Source of the DNA: Bugula neritina
Lineage: Eukaryota > Animalia > Bryozoa
Length of the DNA: 64,000 nt
Direction of reading: 5' to 3'
NCBI GenBank assembly: GCA_964035545.1
Contig: OZ037769.1
Span: forward strand, 6,243,929-6,307,928
Position 1 is the first letter of the stretch; each line of letters starts with the position of its first letter. This document shows, in pieces, positions 46,901 through 61,600 of this stretch. A program made the position numbers and the translations under genes. The notes below the pieces were generated by a model. The model saw nothing but the letters and a program-made list of their open reading frames with translations, had not been told where the DNA came from and did no database searches.

Positions 46901-49734
46901 TCATACTTGTTCTAATTACATCAGCTAAAAAGTTTGTAAAATTATTTTAGTTTTCAATGATGTTGTTTCGTAAAGAGCAAAAGATTAATCGACTTCAAAT
47001 AAAAACCAATTATGAATTAATTACCTCCAATACCTTCAGATTAAGAAGTTGCTTTTAAGATGTTAAACTGTTCAAAAGGTTCCTATTGTTTTGATGTACA
47101 GCCTTTCAGATTTGGACAGGAAGTGTATGATATAGTACCTACAACAACATAGGTTGTGTTATTCTAAAATAGGCTATTTTGAAGTATTATGTCAACTCTC
47201 TTTCTTTGCTAATTTACACTTTGGGTCTTCATAGACTGTTTTTAAAGTCAAAATTTGCATTAACATGAAATATTGCCTTTGATGAGTTGTCAAAAATCGG
47301 AAACACCAAATGTGACCAAAGAACTGGTTTGACAAAGAAGGCGAGTGCACTGAAGATGTGCTAGTGTGGTGGAGAATAAAGATGTAATGAGTATTACAAG
47401 AAATAAATTAGGCACAGTAATTTGCCAAAACTTTTTTTGACACTGACCACAATTGAAGTATGAAATGGCAATCTGCATTAAGATTAGTACGAACCCGTAT
47501 TTGTTGAAACAACATCTACTTGCTTACATAGTCTCTACAGGCAGATATCTTGATGTGAAACCGGCAGGGAAAACCATATTTTCTGTGAAAAACAGAAATT
47601 TCCCACAGAATAAAACATATGTCAACATAAAACTTCCAAAGTTGGAAGATAGCAGGCTCCACCACAACCAATGAAAGGTATTACGTATTCATGCTTGGCA
47701 AATATGACAATGGAAATTCACAGTTAAAATTTGCTGCTGCCCGGTTGTTTTGTAAAACTGTATGATTGAAATTGGCAGCCAGAAACCCTTTCACAAAGCA
47801 AAGGCATGTTATTGTGTAGACACTGGATGAGATGTCACAAGTTAGTTAGAATGCTGTTGCTGCCTCACTAAAGCTATACAACTATATATAATTTACATCT
47901 ATACAACTATTTTAATCATTACAACACCAGCTGCCAGTTTAGCAGAATCAAAGCTGCAAGTGCTTCTTATCAGAATATAAACAAACTTAAAACGTGAAGT
48001 CATCTGGTAATTAAATGCAGTCGAATTGAACTTTGTTTTTGTCTACTCTCCCTGCCAATTATTTGAAAATGTGCTTCAACTACAGAATAATTGAGCTATT
48101 TACTCGTAGTGGCCAAAACTAGACGGACTTGCATCACATCCTTGCGACTAGGATGTGAAGTATACAGTATCTTTTATTAGTATATATTCTATACAAGCGA
48201 ACTACCATCGGGCCCCGTAGAGTGTGGAGTGTAAACCATAAAACATCAAACAATCACACTCCATGGCATCAGCTACGAAGTACAATAATCTCATGTCGTG
48301 AAAACTCTACCACCAATGAACCCATTCACACTTACATTTAGGTGCAGCTGCCTCAAACTTATGAAAATAAAGGTTCCTGCTAAAAACTAGGCACGAAAAC
48401 CTTCAAAGGAAGAAGCATTGCTTCTAATGCAGGTGCAAATTTAGAAGGAGTGTGTGCAGGCTTGGCTACTTTAGAAAGTGCAACTTTTTAAAAGCTGAGT
48501 GTAATCATCTCAATTTATTTTCTGTAACAATTGGCAAGTGGCCAGAATTGTGCAGTTTGCTTTTTATTGCTTATTATCATAATTTATAGCCTAAAACTAA
48601 AGCAGGAGTTGTTGGTATAAAAGTTCCACCTTTTGACTGAAAATTTCAACAGCATCATTTACTTAGAAAAATGGAAGTAGAAAAACTCCACAGTTCTTTA
48701 ATCACTAGATTGGACATTCCTATAACTAGATTTAATGCAATCTGCTAAGTCTATCAAGACTTTACTTCACACTTCATTATTTGCCAAAGGTTTTGCATTG
48801 TAACTCTGTTGGCAAGAAAGTTATGCATATTTAAGGAAGTTTTTCACACGTTTATGATCTGAGACATATATTGTAGCCCTGTGACTGATACACAATGTTC
48901 ATTTACATAATAATTTATTCAGTTTCTATGTCTGCCAAATATTTGTGCAATCTGAATAGTATATACCAGCCTGATACATGAATACGATTAAAACACATTG
49001 AAGCACCATTTTTCTTTCCATTTCATAATTTGAAAAACACAAGCTGGCAATTCTTAGAAGTAACTTTTGGCAAAAAAGTCACCAAAAGTCGTCATCAATT
49101 TAAAACGAACTAACAGTTTTTGACTAGCATTAGTTTTTACTGATATCTATAGCCTAAGATGTTATTTGTGTGTGAAATAATGCATTAGACTTCAACATCT
49201 AACTAAAAAGTAAACACCCAATGCTAAATGACAACCTATATTGTTGAACCAAATACAATCTTCGAAAGATAACTTAATTCTCTTGACGAAGCTACATTTT
49301 CTCACCATCCTAACAACAGTTAGCAGCACCAGGTAAACGGCCTACCAGGTAAACGGCCTACCAGGACTACATACATATTTGTCTAATGATTTCGCATGCT
49401 GTTATCAAGGTAGTATATTACTTTGCTCATTACCAATTTTACAAAACATATAATTGTTCCAAGGCCAGAGTAATCAACCAGCAACCCTGGTTGCTGTTTT
49501 GACTACCAGCCAGTCAAACATTGGTCAGTCAAAACCAATAACCCTGCCCGCTGATATGGAGAACCGTTAGTAAGTTGATGCCCACCCTTTATTTGTGGGA
49601 TAAAGTGAATCACCAATAAAATAAACAATCTAACCAATACAATATAAACTGTTGACCACTGGAATGCTGCCCTGAAAACTACTTTGACTTTTTGCAATGT
49701 TTATTACTAGTATTTCTAATGACAATTAGTAACA

Positions 49735-49949
49735 GTTAGATGTAATAATAATTATATTAATTAGCAACAGCACAAATAGTAGCAGCAGTAGCAATCGCAG
49801 TAGTAGTATAGTAATAGTAGCTATAGTAGCAACAGCAGCAGCAGTAGTAGTACAAGAAGTATTACTACTACAAAAAGTAGTAGTACAAGAAGTATTACTA
49901 CTACAAAAAGTAGTAGTACTAGAAGTAGTACATGTACTACTACTACTAC

Positions 49950-50015
<66 letters not shown>

Positions 50016-50046
50016 CAGCAGCAATAGTAGTAGTAGTAGTAGTAGT

Positions 50047-50082
<36 letters not shown>

Positions 50083-50207
50083 GGTGGTAGTGGTGGTAGT
50101 GGAGGTAGTATTAGTAGTAGTGGTGGTAGTGGTGGTAGTGGTGGTAGTGGTGGTAGTGGTGGTAGTGGTGGTAGTGGTGATAGTAGTGGTAGTAGTAGTA
50201 GAAGTAT
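49735..50207. repeat. Compound trinucleotide microsatellite (AGT/AGC/GGT)
   Basis: Directly visible; source of the poly-T and poly-L ORFs. Confidence 0.97.
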
Positions 50208-52035
50208 TAACAGCCAGGACACCTGTGAAGCAGTAATGTAATTTAGGTAACAATAGGGCAGAGCTAAAATAAAACTAGCAGAAAGAGCACACCACTAACT
50301 GCAAAGTGGTGTGCTTATGTATTGGTTGCTAAAAGTTGGCAACTGAAAACTATATTAAACTTAAGTTGTTTATTAATTTATGATTTTAAGTAAAAATGGC
50401 ACAGATAAAAAATAGCTCAGTGAAAATGGCAGAGTAAACTCAACATAGCCCTGTTTATTAGGGAGTGGAAGGAGAAGGGGGGACTACCGTGACTCATTAT
50501 AAAACAGAGGGTCGGCCTGAATCTGAAACATGTTATACACTCCATCATACAACCACTCAACACTTCTTCAAAAAGATTCCTAAAGTACATTTCAGAAAAC
50601 CAAGTTCTACAATACTGAGCTGCATGTATACAATATAGCTTGTCTAGCTTATTCACAAATAATCAGAAAAAGGTTTGAATTAGTGAGCTTAATTGTTTTC
50701 TTATGATGTGTTGTTTTTAACAGCTCAAACTGTGTTTAGCTACACTTGCATGCTAGACTAATAAGGGAAGCAGTAAAAGTCAAAAATCAATATGCATTTC
50801 ATCACAACATCACAGCATTGTCTACGAAGATAGGTCATTTGACATAGAATCTAATGACCTATAAACAGCAGCCGATTGAAACAACCAGATGAGATAAATG
50901 TTTACAACTACAGTGTTGATAAATTTATCAACATGAGGTCATTGGTTTCTAATTATGTCAGATTAGAAGGATTACACAGGTCGTATTTATATATTCACTA
51001 CCCTTACAGACCCCTTACTACTTGCTAGGCTGGTTGACTTTCTACATATGTCTGTAAACTGTAAACTACTGCCAACTAAAACTCAGTCAAGTTCAACGAC
51101 CTCGTAAATCTTGCCTCCTTTTCATTCTGATACGTGCAATCGAATATTTAAAATAGGATACGAAGTACTTTAGTCTGACATGTCTGCCGCTCTATTGATC
51201 ATAAATTATTGAGTATACGACAACATTTTCACCCACATGACTTCTGTAGAACACCACGTGAAGTTTAGTGAAGCGGGGCTTCCAGGTATTTTTAGCTTGT
51301 TACATTACATAAGTAGCTATAACGTAGTGTTATGTTAACAACGTTGTGTAGCAATATGTTATTGGTTCATTAATAGTATTGTTGGTCATTGTTATTCAAT
51401 AATGAATCAATGTTTAAACCAATGTATTTATAGCAAAAATGTCTATTTATGATACTACTCTCACAAAGTATTATTACTTGATTGCATATATTTATTTAAA
51501 AATAAAATCATATTTATTCAAACTATTGTTGATTTATAATTAAAAGTTAAAAATATAACAATTCCTTGACAAATAATGACGATATTTATTAAAAAAAATC
51601 TCCAACTCGCATTGCAAGCTCATGTGGTCACCTAAATAAAAAGCATATAGGCAACACACAGATAGATACAAGGTGTTGTAGAAATAAATGGTTAATGCTG
51701 TCTTCCAATCCAATAGAAGAATATAAGATAAGCAATATATTGAAGTGTGTATAATACAATATTAACTGAAGTTGTAATATATACAGGAACGTCCCTTAGG
51801 AACTGTTAAGCTTCACCACTAAACTTACTTTGCATTAACTTGTCCCTTGTGAGTATAGATATAAGAAAGTACTCTGGTAAAGAAGTGTCCGTAAACAGGT
51901 TTTATCTGATCAACATGTAAGCAGAATACTTTGCAGTAAAACTACTGCAGAGAGCAATTTCTATAGCACTAGAGAATTTCTTGTGGAAAAAATAGTAAAA
52001 CAAAATTTAAACTATAGCATTGTTTCAAAAATCGA

Positions 52036-52220
52036 AGAAGCAGCCATGGTCTAGGGTTTAGAGGTCATGAGTTGAATCCTGGCAGGGCCATTGGTAAGCA
52101 TCAGAATATAATTTCTCCTGTGCTACAGCATACACAGCGCTATAGTCAAACACAGATTTTAGCACACACAGAGAAAATCTTGTTGGCAGGGGTTTTCACA
52201 GGGATGGAGAATTGCGAGTT
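52036..52220 (+). mobile_element. tRNA-derived SINE (family A), internally deleted copy
   Basis: AGAAGCAGCCATGGTCTAGGG head, GGCCATTGGT core, CAGGGGTTTTCACAGGGATGG 3' end. Confidence 0.7.
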
Positions 52221-53684
52221 TTTCTTTTTTAAAAAAATAGAAATCAATGCACAAAAATGATGTATAAATGAGATAATAAATTTTCTGACTTTAAATTTTG
52301 CAGTTTAACTATGACCCCCCCATCCCCCTCACCCCCCTCATACAAACGTGCCAATAAAAGATAATGTCGGTAACTCAATCAGAAATCAGAAAATTGCTAG
52401 CTAAAATAATAAAGCTAATGACATGCCAAAAAAGTGGCTCCATTATATTCATGTATTGTATACTGTAGTGCTATCAAGCTTCATATTATACAAATGCATG
52501 CATATACAAGATGATATCAGAAAAATGATCAGTTAAGAAAGGTGTTTTGATAAAATGTTTTATATCAATGTTGTTGTTAAATTAACATATGATCTAAACA
52601 ACTGGATTAATTTGACACACCTTTACAAGGGTGTTTTGGTATACTAATATTGATGTTAAAACAAGATGTGTATAAACAGGCTGGTTAAGGAGATTTTTTA
52701 TTCAGCAACAAATAAACTCGAATAATTTTCTAATATCACGCCTTTCAACAGCTCTCACCAAATATACATGATTCTTTCATATCGTTTAGAAAAGTTTACA
52801 ACAACTTGTGTTGAAATTTTCTTTGTTAATTAATTTAATTAGCTGCTATATGATTTCCTCATAATGATAGAGAGTTGGGATAAACCAAATAATAGATGCC
52901 CTCCTTTTGAGTTGGGCATTTGCTTGTAATATTGTACATTTATTAAATGTAAACTTAGTTTTAATTATTACGTGCTTAATTAAAGCTATAAAAAGTTGCA
53001 AGCCTACAAATGACACATAAAAGAGCATTTCAATCATAAAGATATATAATAGTCGAAGGCAGATTATTGTAAGCAGTAGTTGTCTTCCTATTTTGGAGTC
53101 ACTAACCGGGACACATCGTATAACTACCTACTTTATAAAAGCTTTGCAGTGAAATAGTGTTATAGGAGCTCCAAATGCCAAGTTTGCAGTAACCATAAGT
53201 TGTATTTTGAGCTGTTGGCTTCGTTTTCTTGTCTTCCTTGTCCTATAATGCATACATGCTATAAAATATGGAAACTTGCTTAGTTGGCACAACTTTTTGT
53301 GAAATACTATAATGTTGCAGCAAAAGTAGAAAAATATTTGAAAGACGTGGCTATATAGCAAACTTGCAACCAGTCTACCTGGTAATAGAAGATTTAATGT
53401 TGTGCAACTGGTCCACCAATGTGCACCCATCACCTGAATCTAGTATAATGAGACAAAACTAACAATGCTCAAACAGTGCTTACTCCATGCAGGCTAAATA
53501 TTTCTAACACAGTAATATTTTACAATATTTTATAATTTAAAGCCCATATTTCGGAAATATGGGAATATAATCTATATTCATTTTAATGATAGTTTCAACC
53601 TACAATTATTTGCTATCATACTATTTTGTTACCCTTAATATGCATCCACATGCTAACTTTTGTTCCTATTTGAGCTGGTCGAAT

Positions 53685-53780
53685 AGGCCACGCCTCCTAT
53701 ATAGAAACCGTTGGCTGCGCACCAGAAATCTTACCATCGCAGTATAAAAGCGCAAACCCACCCGGCCAAGTGTATTTAGC
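53685..53780 (+). promoter_or_regulatory. Candidate PDE7 core promoter (TATA box)
   Basis: TATAAAAG at 53743-53750 in a locally GC-richer patch, about 150 nt upstream of ATG 53899; CCACGCC element at about 53688. Confidence 0.55.
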
Positions 53781-53898
53781 ACTACAAGTTAGCATTGTGA
53801 GTAGGCATAGCAAACTGAAAGATTGGGCACAGATAAAGATAGTATATATACTGTTGCTCCCAATTGAAAGCTTCACGGATTTATATTAGTGACTAGTA

Positions 53899-56800
53899 AT
53901 GGGAATGTTTTCTTATAACACACCAGCAGCAGCACGTACAACACTGAGCAGGTTCGGAGCTTCAACTACAGCTGACCGCAGCACTACAGGTGAGGAACAT
54001 ATTCATATTGAATTTGATATATTCATATTTGAAGGATTACATATTTCATAGAATCAGCTGAACTCAAGCCTTTGAAAGGACTTCCTCTGTAAAGCCTCTG
54101 TAAAGAATATTGTAAGAACTGCTGACACTTGATTTAATCAGCTCGAATGATTGTTTAGTTAGTATTAATTATATTCATAATCAATACAAACAATAGGCAT
54201 GACGTCAACGGGCTGCAGCGACTGTAACTTAGAAATAATAATTAAACTTTTCAAGTTGGCAGTTCAATATTATTGTAACCCAGTCAGCTGCATTAGTACC
54301 CGTGAGTGAGCAATTGTGCAGATATTACTTTAGCCTACGTGCTGCCTTATAATTATTAATTATTATATAAGTGCTAATAGTAATGTACAGTCAGTCTCGG
54401 GAGCTTACAGCTTAATTTTAATTTGAAAAAAAAACGCGATTGTATTCATTTTATGTTAACAAGTAAAGGCTAGAAGTGGGGCGTAGTTTAGAAATCAATT
54501 GGCAAATGTTTTAGTAAATTTTCAATTAGGCTGGATAAGCTTATCATTAATATAGGAGACTTGATAAAGGATTTAGCATTTACTCTATCGTGTTGATTTG
54601 TAGTTGATAGTGGCACTGAGGAGAATGCAACTTTCATTCCTGGGTTGGATATGTTAGCAAAATCTTCATGCATAGATATGGGTATGTATTTAAGTTTGAT
54701 AACCAGCAGTAGATATAGGTAGTTTCGGTATTGCTTGTCTCCTTTCAGTTTTATAAGTTCAATGTTTCTGATCACACTCTAGTCTGCAATAACATGTTTG
54801 TAATGACTTCAATGAAAATTAGTTTTCCAGTAAATCTGCCAAGCAGCTGCTATTTGTTTACCCATAATAATAATATTTGTGGTAATTTCTTTCCTCATTT
54901 GATCATTTCTTATCCATTGATCTTCCTTTTTGAATATATTAGATCAAACAGGTCCACATCTAAAATGCCAGTATTTTTTTGCCATCTGAGAATTATCATT
55001 ATACAATAGAATTTGAAAGCATTGCTTAACCACATTAACCATACTGATGATGAAACTAGATAACCATGTGATGTTGGCTTTCCATAATGGCTCAGCATAA
55101 TTTCTGAACTGAATGCATAGACATATTCCATGAATTTTCAAAGCATCTAAATCATGAGTGTACGTCATTAACCAATTTCTTTTCAAGCAGAATGCATTGA
55201 AAAATCATCCGGGTATTAGCTGGGTTTAATGTAGTTATTGATTGTTGTAAGAAGGTTAATAGTATTAGCTAGAAACATTACCCTGACCAGTAGAGTTTTG
55301 GAATGCATGCAGCTGGGTTTATTAACTAAAGAAATGCAATGGAATCTGTAATATAGTATGATTATTGGCCATAACTAAGCAAATGGGGCAATTTAACTAT
55401 TTCAGTTCCTAGTTCGAGTGAGAAGAGTGATTTATATAGCGGCAGAAATACTAACAGAGTCATTAAGTTATTCTAGTTGCCAGAATTGCAGTTGGCATTA
55501 TTCCAATATAATCTTTACAGGCGGAGCTTGTTACAAAAGTAGTCCATCTCAGTACAGACAATCTGGAAGGTCGGCCAGCATGAGACATAAAAGTCGAAAG
55601 ACAAATGTGAGGAGATGCAAAAGAGTAAAAACGTTTGGAGATGGATACACAAGTCTGCTTGATGACGTATACAACTCTCAAACCAAGGTTAGATATGAAA
55701 AGATATATAGTGGACAACTCCGAATATTTTTTTTCAGTTTTCAACTCACAATGTTTTGGCGTTTCATTATGATTATATGTTGCTTGACTCTTGTTGCAGT
55801 GCATTCTCTCCAAGATTTCTGATTGGTCATTTGATGTGTTCGCTTTGGAGAAAGCGTCCAATGGTAGAGCTCTATTCAATGTGATCCTCAAGTTGTTTCA
55901 GAAGCACAACCTCATTGAACATTTCCAGCTGGATGTCGTAAAACTCATGAACTTTGCAAGTAAGTGTAAACAAAATTCTTCATACTGCGAAAACATTGCT
56001 GAAAATTACATTTATTTAGACATCACCATGGTTCTGCTCAGCTGGTGGTAATTTTATCCCTAATAATTCCAGTAATGACTCCGTAATGTGGGTCCAAAAA
56101 GTATGATAGCTTTGTGTTTGTTCTGCCTTAGACATATTACACATTCCATTACCACATAGTCTCACTATGTTATTTATATGAGCTGATGCCTAGCGAAACC
56201 AACAACATGATAAGAATTATGTCGAACTTGAATCTTTGGCCAATCAATCGGCCAGAAAGAACTTGATGCTCAAGTTTTTTGTTACGATTAATACTGCATT
56301 CCATCTATTGATCAAAGGATTTTCAATTATAATGATTTTTGTCTACTATTTCATTGCCAGCTTTTATAATACTTTTTATTGTAAATCTTCAGGCATGGTA
56401 GAGGAAGGCTATCAACACAACCCTTACCATAACGCTACCCACGCAGCTGATGTTACTCAGGCCATGCATTGCTATATCACACAAGGAAAGGTAAGATAAA
56501 ACTTCAAAGAAAGTTTAGTGTCGTATTATATTAGCTGTGCATGTGACTCAGTATTTTTGTTCAGTGTTCCATAATGTACCCTCAACTTGAGCCCTATTAT
56601 GATTATTCTAAGAAACAACTTTTACTCACCTTCCTACAGATACAGCAACTATTTTGATGGCTTACAAATATGTTTTCATTTATGTTTCAGATTGCTAAGC
56701 ACATTACTCCAATTGAGACTCTAATATCCTTAGTATCTGCCATAACCCACGACCTTGACCACCCTGGTGTGAACCAACAGTTCTTGGTAAAGACGAGCAA

Positions 56801-58693
56801 CCCTCTAGCTGGTTTATATGAGGTAAGGTTTGCATATCGCTCATATTTAGACCTATAAAAACCATACACGGGTAGTTTAGACATTGCTTTTCAGTTTTAA
56901 TTGATATAAATGCACACTAAAATATATGTGATGCTATTAAATAAAGTTATTTTAATGTTATTCTGTTTGTATACAATTATATTCATTTTGGTTTTTAGAA
57001 CAAAGCAGTGCTGGAGAAACATCATTGGAGAACGGCTATAGCAGTACTTTATGAGACCGGACTGATAGATCACTTGTCTCATGATGTCAAGAGTCAGATA
57101 GAGATGGAGATGAAGTCCCTCATACTGGCTACTGACATGACCCGCCAGCAAGATTTCCTGGCGACTCTAAAAACGAGAATAATTGAAGACTCCCTTGACA
57201 TGTCTCGCTACGAAGACCGACACTTTATACTCCAGGTAATAGGATATACAAAAATGAGATTTCAGTCGACATTAGACAAAAATGTTAAACGGATAAAAGG
57301 GTTCAACATGTAATCTAGCCAATGCTGGACTCTAAACCCCTTTGATTTTTCAGAGTTTTTCCTGTTTGATGGTTGCAAATCTTATTAGGAATTTTCACCA
57401 ACTGGTACTACTGAATTTTATGAAGAGGAAATTGGCTTATATTTAAATGTCTCTGTAATGCTTTTTGATATGCCAAGCCCACTAAGTCAACTATAATCCT
57501 TAGAGTTAGTGCGTATCTCAATAACCCAAATGTTTCTTTTGGAATAGAGATAAAATATCTGCAGTTTAATCTGGAAACATCAGTTATATAAGATTTGGTT
57601 TGTGTTTAGATTGCCATGAAGTGTGCCGACATTTCCAATCCATGCCGAGAATGGACTACGTGCAGATTGTGGAGTGAGAAAGTGTGCGATGAGTTCTTTA
57701 CACAAGGAGATATTGAAAGAAATCTTCAACTACCAATCTCCTCGCTATGCGATCGCTATGACAACACTGTACCTGCAATACAAACAGGTGAGTCCAACTT
57801 AAGTCCTATTGAGTTTCAGAGTTCACTCATTGATGTCAGAAATTCCTCAGATTAGTGTCAAGGGACAAGTTGTGCTGCTATGTTGCTTGAAACTGCATTA
57901 CAGTCTGCTGGTAGTTTGCAATGACAGTTACTGCTGCGTATATTCCACATTGTCTGCACTGTAAACATGCTGAATAAATTGCTAGCAGATGCTCACCTAC
58001 GTCATAGTTAATGTGAAATAGTATTGCCATGACTGAGGGAAGATTGTATATTAGCATAAATTACTTGCCTGCAGTGAATGCTTACTGACAGTCTGCATAT
58101 TGTAGTATTGATTTATCTTTAAACAAGTATTTAATTTCTTCTTATATCTTACAGGATTCATAGACTTCTGCGTCAAGCCATTGTTCACAGAGTTTGAAAA
58201 ATACCTATTCCCCTCCAGCATGCTATCTGAACAGCTGACTCATCTGGAAATCAACAGAGATAAATGGCAAGTAAAGAAAGAGTCAAAGCAAACCACAGCT
58301 AGACCCAGGCATATAGATATACCTTCACCTGCAGATGATTTACCTAGTGACATTCCTTCACCTACAGTCAGTGAAGATGGTGACATAGAGTCAGATCTCA
58401 TATGCACAGACAATATAGACATAGTAAAAGCTAGCAGCGTGTCTCACCTGCTAGATAGACGCCACAGCCTACCTGTATTAAACATATTAGGTACTAAAAA
58501 CCTTCTTTCTCGGAGGCAAAGTTTCCATGATGGACCTCACACTGATAATAGCGGAGCAACTGACTCTTTAGAAACTTGTAAACTAGCTGGTCAACTCTAT
58601 CAGTTTAACAATAATCTAGTTTCAAGTCACGATCAGATTTCACAGCTAATAGAAAATCTCATAGTCCACAACACCATACGGTGCTCATCTTGA
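53899..58693 (+). CDS. PDE7: High-affinity cAMP-specific 3',5'-cyclic phosphodiesterase 7-like (8 coding exons; first exon less certain)
   Basis: Exons 53899-53989, 55521-55687, 55800-55959, 56393-56490, 56691-56822, 56999-57235, 57610-57787, 58155-58693; phases consistent. PDE7-type motifs [92 protein letters not shown]. Confidence 0.93.
54200..54207. promoter_or_regulatory. Full palindromic cAMP response element TGACGTCA in PDE7 intron 1
   Basis: Exact 8-mer about 210 nt downstream of the exon 1 donor; function is inferred only. Confidence 0.45.
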
Positions 58694-61600
58694 TTTTTGT
58701 CAACTTTTGCCATATTTCTCGTTTGTATTTTGAAGCATTAAGTTCGCTTTTTGCTTTGCAAGTCGGGTTTATGGATTTTCATTTTACCGTATTTTGACAA
58801 ATCATTAGGACTCACCGTAATGGGCACGGGCTATTAATAATATAATTTTTTTTTAATTTATTATGACTGCACCTTCTTCAGGTGCTATATTTTAAAAAAT
58901 ATATGACTTATTCTTCCTCTAGAACCAAAAATGTTTTGACTTGTGGTTGAGGATTTTTTATACCTTTAAGGTGGATGCATGGTTTAGCAGTGAATTTGCC
59001 TAAGCATGCCAACCTGCCTATAACGTGCATGCCGATTAGCATTTCACCCAAATTGTAGACAAGGTTGCTGTGAAACATAACAGCACATGTCACTGTAACA
59101 TTATCTGCATTCATAGTTCGTTGACATGAGGATTACTTTAAGGCTATATTCCATCCTTATTAGGTCTGCTACCAATTATCATTTGTCACTTTGAATAACA
59201 CAAGTTAGAAGTTCAAACTGTCAACACAAGCATACATGTAGGATTAGCTCACTGACACAAGTGGGGGGGGGGACACATTTACCACAAATAGTCACGAAAT
59301 AATTTGGAAGGAACTCCATAATCAGTGGGTATTGAAAACTACAAAACATGCCTCAGTAACAGCGAAGTCATAATTTGAAATGGAATTTAAAGAAAAAATA
59401 AATTCTTTGCTATACTTCCTGCCAAAAACAAGCTATTCTGATATGAAGTTGAAACAATATAACACAAAAACCCTTTGCATTCGCTAATGCAATTAGCAGA
59501 AGGGATGTAACATTACAAAGTGTGCATGTCTTTCAATACTTCTTACTTTCATTATGGTCAGCAAATATTCCAGTTACTTTATGCATGCATTCCTAGGTGA
59601 AAAGAATTTCCAAAGAAGCTTGTTATCATTCATAGTGATAGTTGATTGAAGAAGTTATGCCTCTTTAACTTAGCAAACAAAAGAAAAGTCACAATATTTG
59701 AGGCAACTGAAAAATGTACACTAAGCACAGATCTAGTGAGAAAAAATGTTTCCCAATCGAAGCTAGATTAGGATTCATATAATATACGGTCAGAAACAAG
59801 TACTACTAAGTGCTATGGTAGGTAGTTGTGAAAAGTTATGCATAGCGTTGGCACAAGTTTCCGTAGCAAAATGAAGTTGATTTGCATTATCTTTATATAA
59901 ATTTAAGAAAAGGCTTTAGCCAACAGTTCATTTATAAAACTATTCTACAATGTATTACAAGCCCACCTACATTTGTATAATATTTTAAAAACTTTATAAG
60001 TTGTATATATGTATCTGTATATATTTATATGCGCATACTACTTTCTAGTAAGCAACTGTCGGCAAAATATTATGTAATTATCAATACTCATTCACTTAGG
60101 CTAAATACCCTAATTACTTTAGTATTTCAAGAGTGGCAGACAGGAGTGAGTGCGTCAGAGATGCACACGTGTAGAGGAGTTCCACATTTCATGCACGTAG
60201 GTACTACTTGTTTACTCTGTAGCTGAGAGTTGAGCTAGCACACCGTCTGTTCACTTCTAATTGTTTTGTTTTTTAAACTTAGAATTTAAGTGCACTTGAG
60301 TAAGAGTTCTTTAGAATAAAAGTAAAGCTATAATCAACACATGTGAAGCAGAAGGCGCCCACCCTTTTCTCTACTAAAGAAATTACATCAGACTTTGGCA
60401 ACATGCCAACTCCTAAAAACAGCCTTGCAAATTTCAATAAATATCCCAATACAATTAATTGAAAAAATTCTTGTCAAGGAAGTACACCAGCAACATTATA
60501 TATACAATAGAGTGAAGCTACAACTATCTGATGCTAAAATGATCTCCACAATAAAGCTGTTTATATGGGAGTTTTTGCAATGTAATTCTGTATTATAAGC
60601 TGCAGTTTTCACAATATAGCTGTACATATGCTGCAGCTGCTATAACAGTTGCTCTATGCTGGCATTATGAGATAGTAAACGGATGCCCAGTGGCAGTGTT
60701 GATTCTGGAATGTCGGACTTTAAGGCATTTGGCTGAGACATCAAATCTGCTGCTGCAAATTCCAACCAGTACAAAAGACCTTTCAATTTCCCTTATTGCA
60801 TTCACTTTACTATGTCGATGGCTAGAAAAATGTTGCAAAAGTTATGCAGTCGGATATAAACTATTTCCAAACTTCACGCGAAACACTACATTTAGAATAA
60901 TCCTGCCAGACTTCCTAGCAATGGTATTTACTAATAAATAATGAATTACATAACTGAATAGTGGAATTTTTTATGCAAGGCAGTCATGAGTTTGAGCCCA
61001 AGAAAATGTTGGTAGGAAAAATCATCAAAAGGTATTGTTACTGCAAGGTATATTTTATTGCTAAAATTGTTGTAATTAAATATCTACGTAGCATAACACA
61101 GTAGATAAAAGCATTAATTTAATAAAACAAAAATAAAGTTATTGGTAAAGGACACAGTACAAACTATGTTATTTACAGAACATAAAAACAGATTATTATA
61201 TAGTTATCTACTTGATACAAGACTGTACTAGTGTATTCCCATAGAATGACGCACTTCAAACATTTTATTATGGCTTAAACAAGAAGAAATGTGAGTGCTG
61301 ATGCCCCTTCAATGCCCTCACCAGCTGACATTTCTAGACGTTAGTTAAAGATTCAGCTGCTTCATAGGACTGGACAGATTCTTTCTTGACTTGAGCAAAT
61401 GCTGTCCAAACTAAAACATGCAAAATATAGGTCTAATAAATTTGAATAAGAAAAGTAACAACAAAATATATAAATAACAATAACAATTAACAAAATAACA
61501 ATTACTATTTTTACTACAACAGAGTCTGCAAGGATCAATTGTTCAACTTACTACATACAATGTACAACTATACTCACTACTTACTATGTACAACTATACT

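Noticed and set aside
49726-50253. Mucin-like poly-Thr and poly-Leu ORFs
   Set aside because: Compound trinucleotide microsatellite with no splice or homology support.
55405-55520. In-frame upstream extension of PDE7 exon 2 (FLVRVRRV...)
   Set aside because: The frame is open but the resemblance to PDE7 is only a few residues; the TTTACAG acceptor at 55520 fits exon 1 in phase. Unresolved without RNA data.
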